Source: a virus. Taken from it: 43,828 bases of DNA. Position numbers and translations under genes: made by a program. The stretch covers positions 1 to 43,828 of the IMG/VR virus record IMGVR_UViG_3300048914_000068; one strand, written 5' to 3'. Positions 22,821 through 30,854 of this stretch are shown one piece after another (within the stretch, counting starts at the first letter, position 1; every line of letters begins with the position of its first letter). A model generated the notes under the pieces. That model was not told the DNA's origin and did no database searches. It saw only the letters and a list, made by a program, of their open reading frames with translations.

Positions 22821-24259
22821 GCGCCATTCCAACATGGGTTGCTTCCAACCCGGTGCCGGTGCTCGTACGCCCGCCAAAACCGGAAAGACAGATCACCGCC
22901 ACCCCCGAGCTGGCGCAGCTGCGCTCGGCGCTGGACGCCATCCCGAATGACTCCGACCCGCTGGATTATGACCAGTGGAGGAATGTCATTTTTGCAATCC
23001 ACCACGCCACGGACGGCAGCAGCGACGGCTTGGCGATCGCGCACGAATTCTCGGCCAGATCCGGCAAGTACGACGCCGAGTTTCTAGAGGAGCGCGTGTG
23101 GCCCTACGTCGGCGTCAACTCGTCCGATCCGATCACCGAACGGACCATCTTCGCGCTGGCCGGTCAGCACGGATGGATCGATCCGGCCGTCATGGACGAG
23201 TTCGACGTCGTCGAGGCGGATGACGCCGACGAGTTCGAGGCCCTGCCGGACGAGAAGGAACCGGGCAAGAAGCCCCGCTTCCAGGTACTCGACGAGGACG
23301 AGTTCCTCGACGCGCCCCCCATGTCCTGGCTTATCAAGAACGTGGTGCCCAAGGCAGAACTCGGCGTGATCTACGGCGAGTCAGCCAGCGGCAAGAGCTT
23401 CATGGCGTTGGATATCGGTGCGGCAGTCGCGCGCGGCATGCCCTGGCGCGACCACAAGGTGACGCAGGGGCGGGTGGTGTACATCGCTGCCGAAGGTGCT
23501 GGCGGCTTCCGCAAACGCATGACCGCCTACCGCATGCATAACGAACTTGAACGCACCGGGGTGCAGATCATCGCCGACGCCCCGAACCTGATCGAGAAAG
23601 CCGATGCGGTTGACATCTGCAAATCGATCCTCGCGGGGGGTAAAGCCGATCTGGTCATCATCGACACCCTCGCGCAGTCGATGCAGGGCAACGAGAACAG
23701 CGGTGAGGACATGGGGCGGGTGCTGGCCCACTGCAAGGGCATCCATCGCGCCACGGGCGCCATGGTGGTGTTGGTGCATCACAGCGGTAAGGATTCGGCC
23801 AAGGGGGCGCGCGGGTGGTCAGGGTTGCGGGCGGCTTGCGATGTCGAGCTGGAAGTAGTGAGGGCCGACGACGACCGGGTTCTCACCGTCACCAAGCAAA
23901 AGGACGGGGGAGACACTGCCGAATTCGGCTTCAAGCTGGAAGTGGTGCCCATCGGGATGGACGACGATGGGGATGTGATTTCGTCGTGTGTGGTGGCGCA
24001 TGGGGCGGTAGCGCGGGGCGTTAAGAGGGGGCCGCAAAGTAAAACGGAACAGTTGGTTTATCGGACGATGATGGACCTCATTTCGCCGGGCGGGGATTGG
24101 CCGACTAGGGATGAAGTGGTTGAGGAGTGCTTGGCCCGTACCACGGTGCCTGAGGGCAAAAGGGATACAAGACCACGGCAGTACAGGCAGGCAATCGACA
24201 GCCTTATGACGCGTGGGGCGGCCATTGCGGAGGGCTTGCGCATGGGGCCGCCCGACTAA
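22817..24259 (+). CDS. PriCT-2 domain + RecA/RepA-type (AAA_25-like) replicative helicase (480 aa)
   Basis: YDQWRNVIFAIHHATDGSSDGLAIAHEFSARSGKY (PriCT-2-like); Walker A GESASGKS; Walker B DLVIIDTL; VLVHHSGKD. Start at ATG 22817 overlaps the upstream stop. Confidence 0.8.
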   Translation: MSAIPTWVASNPVPVLVRPPKPERQITATPELAQLRSALDAIPNDSDPLDYDQWRNVIFAIHHATDGSSDGLAIAHEFSARSGKYDAEFLEERVWPYVGVNSSDPITERTIFALAGQHGWIDPAVMDEFDVVEADDADEFEALPDEKEPGKKPRFQVLDEDEFLDAPPMSWLIKNVVPKAELGVIYGESASGKSFMALDIGAAVARGMPWRDHKVTQGRVVYIAAEGAGGFRKRMTAYRMHNELERTGVQIIADAPNLIEKADAVDICKSILAGGKADLVIIDTLAQSMQGNENSGEDMGRVLAHCKGIHRATGAMVVLVHHSGKDSAKGARGWSGLRAACDVELEVVRADDDRVLTVTKQKDGGDTAEFGFKLEVVPIGMDDDGDVISSCVVAHGAVARGVKRGPQSKTEQLVYRTMMDLISPGGDWPTRDEVVEECLARTTVPEGKRDTRPRQYRQAIDSLMTRGAAIAEGLRMGPPD

Positions 24260-24265
24260 CCCACG

Positions 24266-24829
24266 TCAGCGAAGAAGGGTGACCACCCCCCGGCGTAGGG
24301 ATAGCCACCCTTTTTCCTGGAGGCTGATCATGGCGCGATCAACACGAAAATGCCGAGTGTCGCGTTTGCCCGGCTCTAAAGGGGGGAGGAGCCGGGCTAT
24401 CGCTTCATCCACCACGTCTTTCAGCATCACGTCCCCGGCCAGCGAGAAATCGCTCACAACCCCATATATCACCTGTTCAACCTTCCCTTTACGGTCCCGT
24501 TCACGCTGCGCCATCGCGGCTTTCCCTTCAGGGGAGTCAAGCCAACGTCTGAGGCCTTCGGCTCTGGCTTTGACAAGCTTCTTATACGAGGCTGTTTGGG
24601 CTTTCAACCGATGGAAGGTGCAGAATTTTGGAGGCGCGAATTTGGCCCACTCCCACGGATTGTCCGTGGCCGTACGGACTTCTAATGGGATGAGGCAACC
24701 GCGGTGGGAGCAGGAGGTCACCCACGCTTTCAGAGTGATCTGGCGACCGTCGCGAGTGGTGTGGGGGGAGGTCTCTTTGTAGTTAAAAGTACGGCCGTCG
24801 AGGTGTGTGAACGTCGTTTTGATAGGCAT
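24266..24829 (-). CDS. Lone - strand gene: Zn-ribbon-like N-terminus + coiled coil + C-terminal domain paralogous to the helicase C-terminus (187 aa)
   Basis: CSHRGC...FCTFH cysteine/histidine pattern. The C-terminal 65 aa align with the helicase tail (K.EQ..Y....D.S..GD....D.V.E..AR...P.E.GKRDTR....A..SL...G). Confidence 0.6.
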   Translation of the reverse strand: MPIKTTFTHLDGRTFNYKETSPHTTRDGRQITLKAWVTSCSHRGCLIPLEVRTATDNPWEWAKFAPPKFCTFHRLKAQTASYKKLVKARAEGLRRWLDSPEGKAAMAQRERDRKGKVEQVIYGVVSDFSLAGDVMLKDVVDEAIARLLPPLEPGKRDTRHFRVDRAMISLQEKGWLSLRRGVVTLLR

Positions 24830-25003
24830 AAAAAGTTTCTTTCAGGAAAGGTCGTAACACGAGGGGTCTAATATGCCCCGTAAGCTTGTTGCGGAGGTAT
24901 TGTAACACGGAGAGTGGAAGGGTTAAGACTGCCGAGTGCGCGTTAAAACGGTTGAAACATTTAAACTGAAGTTCTTCCCGCCCAAAATCGAGGGCGGTTG
25001 GTA

Positions 25004-25036
25004 CGTGCACTCTCACTCTCTTTATGAGAGTGCACG
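25004..25036. promoter_or_regulatory. Perfect 12-bp inverted repeat CGTGCACTCTCA-9 nt-TGAGAGTGCACG (operator-like) 46 nt upstream of the HTH gene
   Basis: Read directly from the sequence. No T-run on either side, so it is not a terminator. Two GTAACACG direct repeats at 24854-24861 and 24902-24909 lie nearby. Confidence 0.5.
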
Positions 25037-25081
25037 CACCCCCCGCGATGGGTTCCCTAAAAATCGAGGAGAAAATCCACC

Positions 25082-25384
25082 ATGCCGATACCTGCAAAAT
25101 TTAACGAGCGGGGCCGGAGAGTCGGGGAAAGCCACCCCAGGGCCGTACTAACCGACCATGAGGTTGAGTTGCTGTTGGGCCTGCTTGACGAGCGTGAAGC
25201 ATTGGTTGCCGAAATGCTAAAAGCAGGGGCAACGGCATTGGCGATTGTGCGGGCGCTGAAGGCGAGGGGGTTGACCCTGCGACTGCTGGCCGTGAAATTC
25301 GAAATCAGCAAAGGGCATGTGGCCAAGATCCAGCGCGGGGAACGCAGATGCCAGACGCCCGTTTGGGTTGGGGGTGGGGCCTAG
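25082..25384 (+). CDS. HTH DNA-binding protein (100 aa), candidate late-gene regulator
   Basis: GESHPRAVLTDHEVELLLGLL... and C-terminal HTH LLAVKFEISKGHVAKIQRGERR. GAGGAG box before the ATG. First gene of the late arm. Confidence 0.55.
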   Translation: MPIPAKFNERGRRVGESHPRAVLTDHEVELLLGLLDEREALVAEMLKAGATALAIVRALKARGLTLRLLAVKFEISKGHVAKIQRGERRCQTPVWVGGGA

Positions 25385-25442
25385 GTATGCCCAAGGGCGA
25401 AAAAACCGCGTGGTGGGCCGTTTGGTGCGTTTGCGGGGCGTG

Positions 25443-25479
25443 AAAGCGTGTCCTTGAGCTAAGGCCGCAGCCGTAGACT
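25443..25479 (+). promoter_or_regulatory. Late-operon motif copy L2 (AAAGCGTGTCCTTGAGC - 14 nt - TAGACT), 7 nt upstream of the terS ATG
   Basis: Matches the 17-mer at 15 of 17 positions with the same 14-nt spacing to a -10-like hexamer. Confidence 0.5.
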
Positions 25480-25486
25480 TACGCAC

Positions 25487-25939
25487 ATGGCACGCCAAAG
25501 TACATTTTCCGAAGTAGTCGCAGCCGAGATCGTCGAACGCATCTCCACGGGCGAAACTTTGCGTGCGATTTGCCGCAGTGATGGGATGCCAGCATGGAGA
25601 ACGGTTTACGATTGGATTGACAACAACGCAACATTCGCCGCAGCGATCGCGCGCGCGCGCGTTCTCGGTCACGACGCAATCGCCGAGGAGACGGTCGACA
25701 TTCTCGACAAGGAGCCGGAACGCGGGAAGGATGGCAAGATCGATCCTGGCTATGTGCAATGGCAGAAGAACCGCGCCTACCAGCGCATGCAGCTGCTGGC
25801 GAAGTGGTCACCGAAGAAGTACGGTGACCGCATCGAGATCGACGCCAAGGTCGACATAGGCGTGGCCGAACGCTTGGCACGCGCCCGCAAGCGCACCACA
25901 ACCCCTGACGAAGACGACGGCAGTGACCTCGCAGGCTGA
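25487..25939 (+). CDS. terS: Terminase small subunit (150 aa)
   Basis: N-terminal HTH-like FSEVVAAEIVERISTGETLRAICRSDGMPAWRTVYDWI typical of this terS family. Overlaps and precedes terL. Confidence 0.7.
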   Translation: MARQSTFSEVVAAEIVERISTGETLRAICRSDGMPAWRTVYDWIDNNATFAAAIARARVLGHDAIAEETVDILDKEPERGKDGKIDPGYVQWQKNRAYQRMQLLAKWSPKKYGDRIEIDAKVDIGVAERLARARKRTTTPDEDDGSDLAG

Positions 25940-27494
25940 CGCAGCGCTGGCTGATGATATTGCGCGCTTCTACGCGGACCCTCTTGGGTTTGTCCTGTTC
26001 GCCTACGATTGGGACTCTGACCCCTCGTTGCAGGTGGTCGAGCTGCCCGCCCCTTGGAACCTCCGTTACGACAGCCAGTACGGCCCGGATGCGTGGGCAT
26101 GCGAGCTACTTGATCGCATCGGCAACCAGGTCAAGGCCAACGCCTTCGATGGCGTCCACGCCGTCAAGGCGATCCGCGAAGCGATCGCCAGCGGCCACGG
26201 TATCGGCAAGAGCGCGATTACCGCTTGGCTCGTCAACTGGATCATGTCCACCCGCCCGTTCGCCAAGGGCACGGTGACCGCCACCACCGCGCCGCAGCTT
26301 GAGTCCAAGACCTGGGCTGAGATCGCGAAATGGAGCAAAAAGAGCATCACCGGCCACTGGTTCGACATCACTACCGGGCGCGGCTCGATGAAGATGGTAC
26401 ACAAAGAGCATCCGGAGTCGTGGTATTGCACCGCTCAAACGTGCCGCGAGGAGAACAGCGAGGCGTTCGCCGGGCAACACGCCGCGAACTCCACTTCGTT
26501 CTATGTGTTCGATGAGGCCTCGGGCGTCCCCGACACGATCTGGGAAGTGGCCGAGGGGGGTTTGACGGACGGTGAGCCGATGTTCTTCGCCTTCGGCAAC
26601 CCGACCCAGAGTTCCGGCGAGTTCCATAACTGCTTTCACACCAAGCGCCACCGCTGGAACACGCAGCAGATCGACAGCCGCACGGTGCAGATCACGAACA
26701 AGCAGGTTATCGATGAGTGGATCACCGACTACGGCCTCGACTCCGACTTCGTCAAGGTGCGCGTGCGCGGCATGTTCCCGGCGATGTCGGCCAAGCAGTT
26801 CATCTCGGTGGCTGACGTGGATGCCGCATATGGACGCCATTTGCGTCCCGAGCAATACGCGTTCGCGCCGAAGATCCTCGTCTGCGACCCGGCGTGGGAC
26901 GGGGACGACGACCTCGTCATCGCGCTGCGGCAGGGCCTGAAGTTCGAGGTGCTGCGCGTGATCCCGAAGAATGACAACGATGTCGAGATCGCCAATATCC
27001 TGGCGCGGCTGGAAGATGAGCACGAGGCGGACGCCGTGTTTCTGGACAAGGGCTACGGCACCGGCATCTACAGCGCCGGGTCGACGATGGGGCGCGACTG
27101 GCTGATGGTGGACTTCGGCAGCGCCTCGCCCGACCCAGGCTGCCTCAACATGCGTGCCTACATCTGGCGCGAGATGCGCGATTGGTTGAAGGAAGGCGGC
27201 GCAATCCCGAAAGATCCCGTGCTGCACACCGAGCTGGTCGGCATCCAGACCGTGCCGCGCATGGAGGGCTTGATTCAGTTGGAGGCCAAGAAGGACATGA
27301 AGAAGCGCGTTGGCTTCTCCCCGAACCGCGCCGATGCGCTGGCGATTTCGTTCGCCTACCCCGTGACCCGCAAGGCGCGCGGCTTGTCCGCCCGTCGCCC
27401 CAACGCGCCCCAACGCGAGCACGACCCGTATGCCTCCCTAAACCGTGTCCTTGACGCGAACCCGGTCGAGCATAATCCCTACGACTTGCGTTAA
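25923..27494 (+). CDS. terL: Terminase large subunit (523 aa; GTG start)
   Basis: Walker A-like ASGHGIGKSA, FYVFDEASGV (Walker B), nuclease-half acidic motifs. Size and synteny fit. Confidence 0.9.
   Translation: MTSQADAALADDIARFYADPLGFVLFAYDWDSDPSLQVVELPAPWNLRYDSQYGPDAWACELLDRIGNQVKANAFDGVHAVKAIREAIASGHGIGKSAITAWLVNWIMSTRPFAKGTVTATTAPQLESKTWAEIAKWSKKSITGHWFDITTGRGSMKMVHKEHPESWYCTAQTCREENSEAFAGQHAANSTSFYVFDEASGVPDTIWEVAEGGLTDGEPMFFAFGNPTQSSGEFHNCFHTKRHRWNTQQIDSRTVQITNKQVIDEWITDYGLDSDFVKVRVRGMFPAMSAKQFISVADVDAAYGRHLRPEQYAFAPKILVCDPAWDGDDDLVIALRQGLKFEVLRVIPKNDNDVEIANILARLEDEHEADAVFLDKGYGTGIYSAGSTMGRDWLMVDFGSASPDPGCLNMRAYIWREMRDWLKEGGAIPKDPVLHTELVGIQTVPRMEGLIQLEAKKDMKKRVGFSPNRADALAISFAYPVTRKARGLSARRPNAPQREHDPYASLNRVLDANPVEHNPYDLR
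27440..27476 (+). promoter_or_regulatory. Late-operon motif copy L3 (AAACCGTGTCCTTGACG - 14 nt - CATAAT), embedded in the last 55 nt of terL
   Basis: Exact 17-mer, translated in terL as LNRVLDA. The hexamer CATAAT is 5 of 6 to consensus. The GNAT gene starts 30 nt downstream. Confidence 0.5.
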
Positions 27495-27505
27495 GGGGAC
27501 GGGGG

Positions 27506-27967
27506 ATGGTCGAGGTACGGGAATGCTCGATGCTGGTGTTCTGGGCGCTCAATGAGACGCCCGCGCTGCTTGCCGAATACGCGGAAGAAGCCGCGAATGC
27601 GCACCTGCCCCCGCCGAACCCCTCACAACCGATGTACTTCCAGATGGAGCGCGCCGGCATACTGCACACCGCCATAGCGATGGTGGACGGCGAGATGGTG
27701 GGCTTTCTCGCGCTGCTGGTGAACCGCAACCCGCACTACAGCGAGGTGTTGGCGGTGGCTGAGTCCTTTTTCGTCGCGCAAGCGCACCGCAAGACGGGCG
27801 CCGGGCGGATGCTGAAGAGATGGGCGGAAGCAAAAGCAGAGGAGCAGGGAGCTTTGGGCCTGTACTTTAGCGCTCGCGTCGGTAGCACGCTCGCCCAAAT
27901 GTTTGAGCGCGAACGGGCATACCGGGAGACCAACCGCATCTTCTTCAGGAGTTTTACGAATGAGTGA
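27506..27967 (+). CDS. GNAT-family N-acetyltransferase (153 aa)
   Basis: Motif A VAQAHRKTGAGRMLKRWAE preceded by MVGFLALLV. AAGGGGACGGGGG lies before the ATG. Confidence 0.75.
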   Translation: MVEVRECSMLVFWALNETPALLAEYAEEAANAHLPPPNPSQPMYFQMERAGILHTAIAMVDGEMVGFLALLVNRNPHYSEVLAVAESFFVAQAHRKTGAGRMLKRWAEAKAEEQGALGLYFSARVGSTLAQMFERERAYRETNRIFFRSFTNE

Positions 27968-28424
27968 AATCACCATACCCCGGCCTGCCGGAGTGGTGCC
28001 CGCGACCAGCCCTGCCGGCCTCGATCTCGTCAACCAGATCGAGAAACGCGTATTGGAGACGCCACAACTGAAGCTGATCACGCGGCACGTGATCCACGCC
28101 GGCGTCTACAGCCGCACGATCTGTGTACTGAAGGGCACCGTGATGACCAGCGCGCTGATCAAGGTGCCGACCACGGTGACGATATGCGGCGATGCGTCGA
28201 TGCTGGTCGGCGACGCGCGCGAGGTACGCGTCAAGGGTTATGAGGTGGTGGCCGCCAGCGCTGGGCGCAAGGTGGCCTACATCGCGCACGAGGACACGTA
28301 CATCACGATGAGCTTCAAGACCAACGCCCGTTCCGTCCACGAGGCCGAGGCGGAATTTACCGACGAGCACGAGCGGCTGATGTCACGCCGTGGTGTCAAT
28401 GAAGTCGTCATTACAGGGGAGTGA
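27960..28424 (+). CDS. Hypothetical beta-rich protein (154 aa; MSEITIPRP...)
   Basis: ATG 27960 overlaps the GNAT end by 8 nt. The track's earlier start lies inside the GNAT gene. Confidence 0.55.
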   Translation: MSEITIPRPAGVVPATSPAGLDLVNQIEKRVLETPQLKLITRHVIHAGVYSRTICVLKGTVMTSALIKVPTTVTICGDASMLVGDAREVRVKGYEVVAASAGRKVAYIAHEDTYITMSFKTNARSVHEAEAEFTDEHERLMSRRGVNEVVITGE

Positions 28425-28427
28425 GCC

Positions 28428-28721
28428 ATGTCAGGAGCAATCAGCGTTGGAACGATAGCCACCGCCGCCGCAGTCGGGGTTGGCACCATGGCCGTTATGA
28501 AGTCCATGCAGCCGTCAGGCGGGCAGAGCACGCCCGCCACGCCTACCGCGCCGCCCACCCCGCAGGCCCCAAAGGCACCCGACCAACGCGCGCTGCGCCA
28601 GGCCTCGGGCGGGAACTACGGCGCGCCCACCCCAGGCGCGACCGGCACCATGTTGACAGGGGCCTCGGGCGTCGATCCCTCTGCCCTGAACCTCGGCAAG
28701 AACACGCTCTTAGGGCAGTGA
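28428..28721 (+). CDS. Small protein with N-terminal hydrophobic helix and Pro/Ala/Thr-rich linker (97 aa)
   Basis: Track ORF directly upstream of the portal gene. Confidence 0.55.
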   Translation: MSGAISVGTIATAAAVGVGTMAVMKSMQPSGGQSTPATPTAPPTPQAPKAPDQRALRQASGGNYGAPTPGATGTMLTGASGVDPSALNLGKNTLLGQ

Positions 28722-28722
28722 C

Positions 28723-30444
28723 ATGGAGAACGGCCTGACCAAGAAGCAGGAGTACATGTACCGCAAGAGCGCGCTGTGGGCGGAACGCTCTTCATGGATC
28801 AACCGCTACCAGCAGATCACGGACTTCTTGCTGCCGTACTCAGGCCGTTACTTCGCGCAGGACCGTAACAAGGGCGACCGCTCGTTCAACCACATCTATG
28901 ATTCGACCGCTACCGGTGCCTTGCGCATCCTGACCGCCGGCATGATGGCCGGCATGACCTCGCCCGCACGGCCATGGTTCCGGCTCGCCACCACCGACCG
29001 CGAGATGATGGAGTACGAACCGGTCAAGTACTGGCTGCACGACGTCACGGAGCTGATGCGCGACATCTTCTCCAAGTCGAACACCTACAACGCGCTGCAC
29101 TCGCTGTACCAAGAGCTGGGCGCGTTCGCCACCGGCGTGTCGATCGTCGAGCCGAATTTCGACAACGTCATCCACCACACCGTGCTGACCACCGGGCAGT
29201 ACGCGCTCGCGGCCAACGACCTGGGTTACGTCGACACGGTGTGCCGCGAGTTCGAGATGACGCTGATGAACGTGGTCAGCAAGTTCGTCAGGCGCGCGGA
29301 CGGCTCGATGGACTGGTCGACGGTCTCGCCCACGATCAAGCGGATGTGGGACACCGGCAAGAACCACGATTCGTGGGTACCGGTCATCCATCTCATCCAG
29401 CCGCGCGAAGACCGCGACGTCCGCAAGCGCGACGCACAGAACATGCAGTTCGCTTCCTGCTACTTCGAACCCGGCCGCGAAGACGGCGACGAGCGCTTCC
29501 TGCGCGAATCCGGCTACAAGCGCTTTCCGGCACTGGCGCCGCGCTGGGATGTGTCGGGCGGCGACGTGTATGGGCACGGCCCGAGCTTCGACGCCTTGGG
29601 CGACATCAAGCAGCTGCAGCAGGAGCAGTTGCGCAAGGGCCAAGCGATCGACTACAAGACGAAGCCGCCGATTCAGGTGCCAGCCGAGCGCAAGAACTCG
29701 GTGCTCAACCAGCTGCCGGGCGGCGTTAGCTACGTGCCGATGAACGGCCAGAGCCAGCCGGTGCGCCCGCTGTTCGAAGTCAACCTCGACCTGCAGCATC
29801 TGCTGATGGACATCCAGGACGTGCGCAGCCGTATCAACAGCGCGTTCTACGCCGACCTGTTCCTCATGATCTCGCAAGACAACCGCCGCACGCCGGCCAC
29901 TGCCACCGAGATCGCCGAGCGCCACGAAGAGAAGCTGCTGATGCTCGGCCCCGTGCTGGAGCGCTTGCACAACGAGCTGCTGTCGCCGAAGATCGACATG
30001 ACGTTCACCGCGATCGTCGAGTCCGGGATCCTGCCGCCGCCACCGCGCGAGCTGCAGGGGGTGGACTTAAAAGTCGAATTTGTCTCGTCACTGGCGCAAG
30101 CACAGAAGATGGTGGGCTTGGGCTCGCTCGACCGCTTCATCGGCACCGTTGCGCAGATGGCCGCTGGCAGCGGCGACGCTTCGGTGTGGGACAAGGTCAA
30201 CAAGGATGAAGCGATCGACCGCTATGCTGACCTGCTCGGCGTCGACCCGAGCGTCATCGTGGCCGACGACAAGGTCGCCATAGTGCGCGACGAACGCGCC
30301 AAGGCCATGGCCGCGCAGCAGAAGGCGGCGATGGTGCCCGCCGCCGCAGGAGCCGCCAAGGACTTGGCCGGCGCCGACACTTCCGGGCAGAACGCGCTCA
30401 CCGACATCATGCAGCAGGTGCAGGGCTACAACGCGACCGTGTAA
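28723..30444 (+). CDS. Portal (head-to-tail connector) protein, T7 gp8-type (573 aa)
   Basis: N-terminal pattern RSSWINRYQQITDFLLPYSGRYF...IYDSTATGALRILTAGMMAGMTSPARPWFRL typical of the podoviral Head-tail_con family. Size and synteny fit. Confidence 0.9.
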   Translation: MENGLTKKQEYMYRKSALWAERSSWINRYQQITDFLLPYSGRYFAQDRNKGDRSFNHIYDSTATGALRILTAGMMAGMTSPARPWFRLATTDREMMEYEPVKYWLHDVTELMRDIFSKSNTYNALHSLYQELGAFATGVSIVEPNFDNVIHHTVLTTGQYALAANDLGYVDTVCREFEMTLMNVVSKFVRRADGSMDWSTVSPTIKRMWDTGKNHDSWVPVIHLIQPREDRDVRKRDAQNMQFASCYFEPGREDGDERFLRESGYKRFPALAPRWDVSGGDVYGHGPSFDALGDIKQLQQEQLRKGQAIDYKTKPPIQVPAERKNSVLNQLPGGVSYVPMNGQSQPVRPLFEVNLDLQHLLMDIQDVRSRINSAFYADLFLMISQDNRRTPATATEIAERHEEKLLMLGPVLERLHNELLSPKIDMTFTAIVESGILPPPPRELQGVDLKVEFVSSLAQAQKMVGLGSLDRFIGTVAQMAAGSGDASVWDKVNKDEAIDRYADLLGVDPSVIVADDKVAIVRDERAKAMAAQQKAAMVPAAAGAAKDLAGADTSGQNALTDIMQQVQGYNATV

Positions 30445-30480
30445 AACCGTGTCCTTGACGCGGCGGGTTGCCTTTACAGT
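30444..30480 (+). promoter_or_regulatory. Late-operon motif copy L4 (AAACCGTGTCCTTGACG - 14 nt - TACAGT), 8 nt upstream of ATG 30489
   Basis: Exact 17-mer beginning with the last base of the portal TAA. Confidence 0.5.
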
Positions 30481-30488
30481 TGGCACGC

Positions 30489-30854
30489 ATGACAGACGAG
30501 TACAACCCGATTGATATCGCCGAACAGGAACGCACTGCCGCCGAATACGCGGAAGAGGAGCGACGCCGGAGAGATCAGGAGATCAGCGACTTGTGCAAGG
30601 TCATGGGCAGCAAAGAGGGCCGGCGCTTCATGTGGCGGCTGTTGAGTGAGGCGGGCGTTTATCGATTGAGTTTCAGTTCTGACCTGGCGACGATGGCTTT
30701 CAACGAAGGCAATCGCAATGCGGGGTTGAAGCACTTGAACGACATCATGACCGCATGCCCCCATCTCCACGCCTTGATGCTGGACGAGCAGAAACAAGCA
30801 AAGGAAAGATATGACCAACGAAACGCAGACCGCAGGAACAAGCGCTCCCGCTAG
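30489..30854 (+). CDS. Conserved head-module protein (121 aa; resembles Bbp19-like proteins of BPP-1-type phages)
   Basis: GRRFMWRLLSEAGVY...MAFNEGNRNAGLKHL pattern. The ATG has no SD. Overlaps the scaffold gene start by 44 nt. Confidence 0.5.
   Translation: MTDEYNPIDIAEQERTAAEYAEEERRRRDQEISDLCKVMGSKEGRRFMWRLLSEAGVYRLSFSSDLATMAFNEGNRNAGLKHLNDIMTACPHLHALMLDEQKQAKERYDQRNADRRNKRSR

Noticed and set aside
26106-27422. 438-aa - strand ORF inside terL. Similar long shadows occur at 28840..29970 (-), 2939..4027 (-), 17931..18905 (+), 14356..15261 (+), 32301..33053 (-) and 35658..36302 (-).
   Set aside because: All lie antisense to, or out of frame with, genes that have clear motifs (terL, portal, fibre, nuclease, polymerase, capsid/decoration, nozzle). 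They show the Arg/Gly/His/Asp-rich composition expected from stop-poor GC-rich DNA.
30481-30500. TTGGCAC downstream of late motifs L4 (30481-30487) and L5 (36296-36302) as sigma54 -24 elements.
   Set aside because: No TTGC(-12) element follows at the required 4-5 nt spacing in either copy (GCATGACAG and TTATCATTC), and only two of the five motif copies have it.
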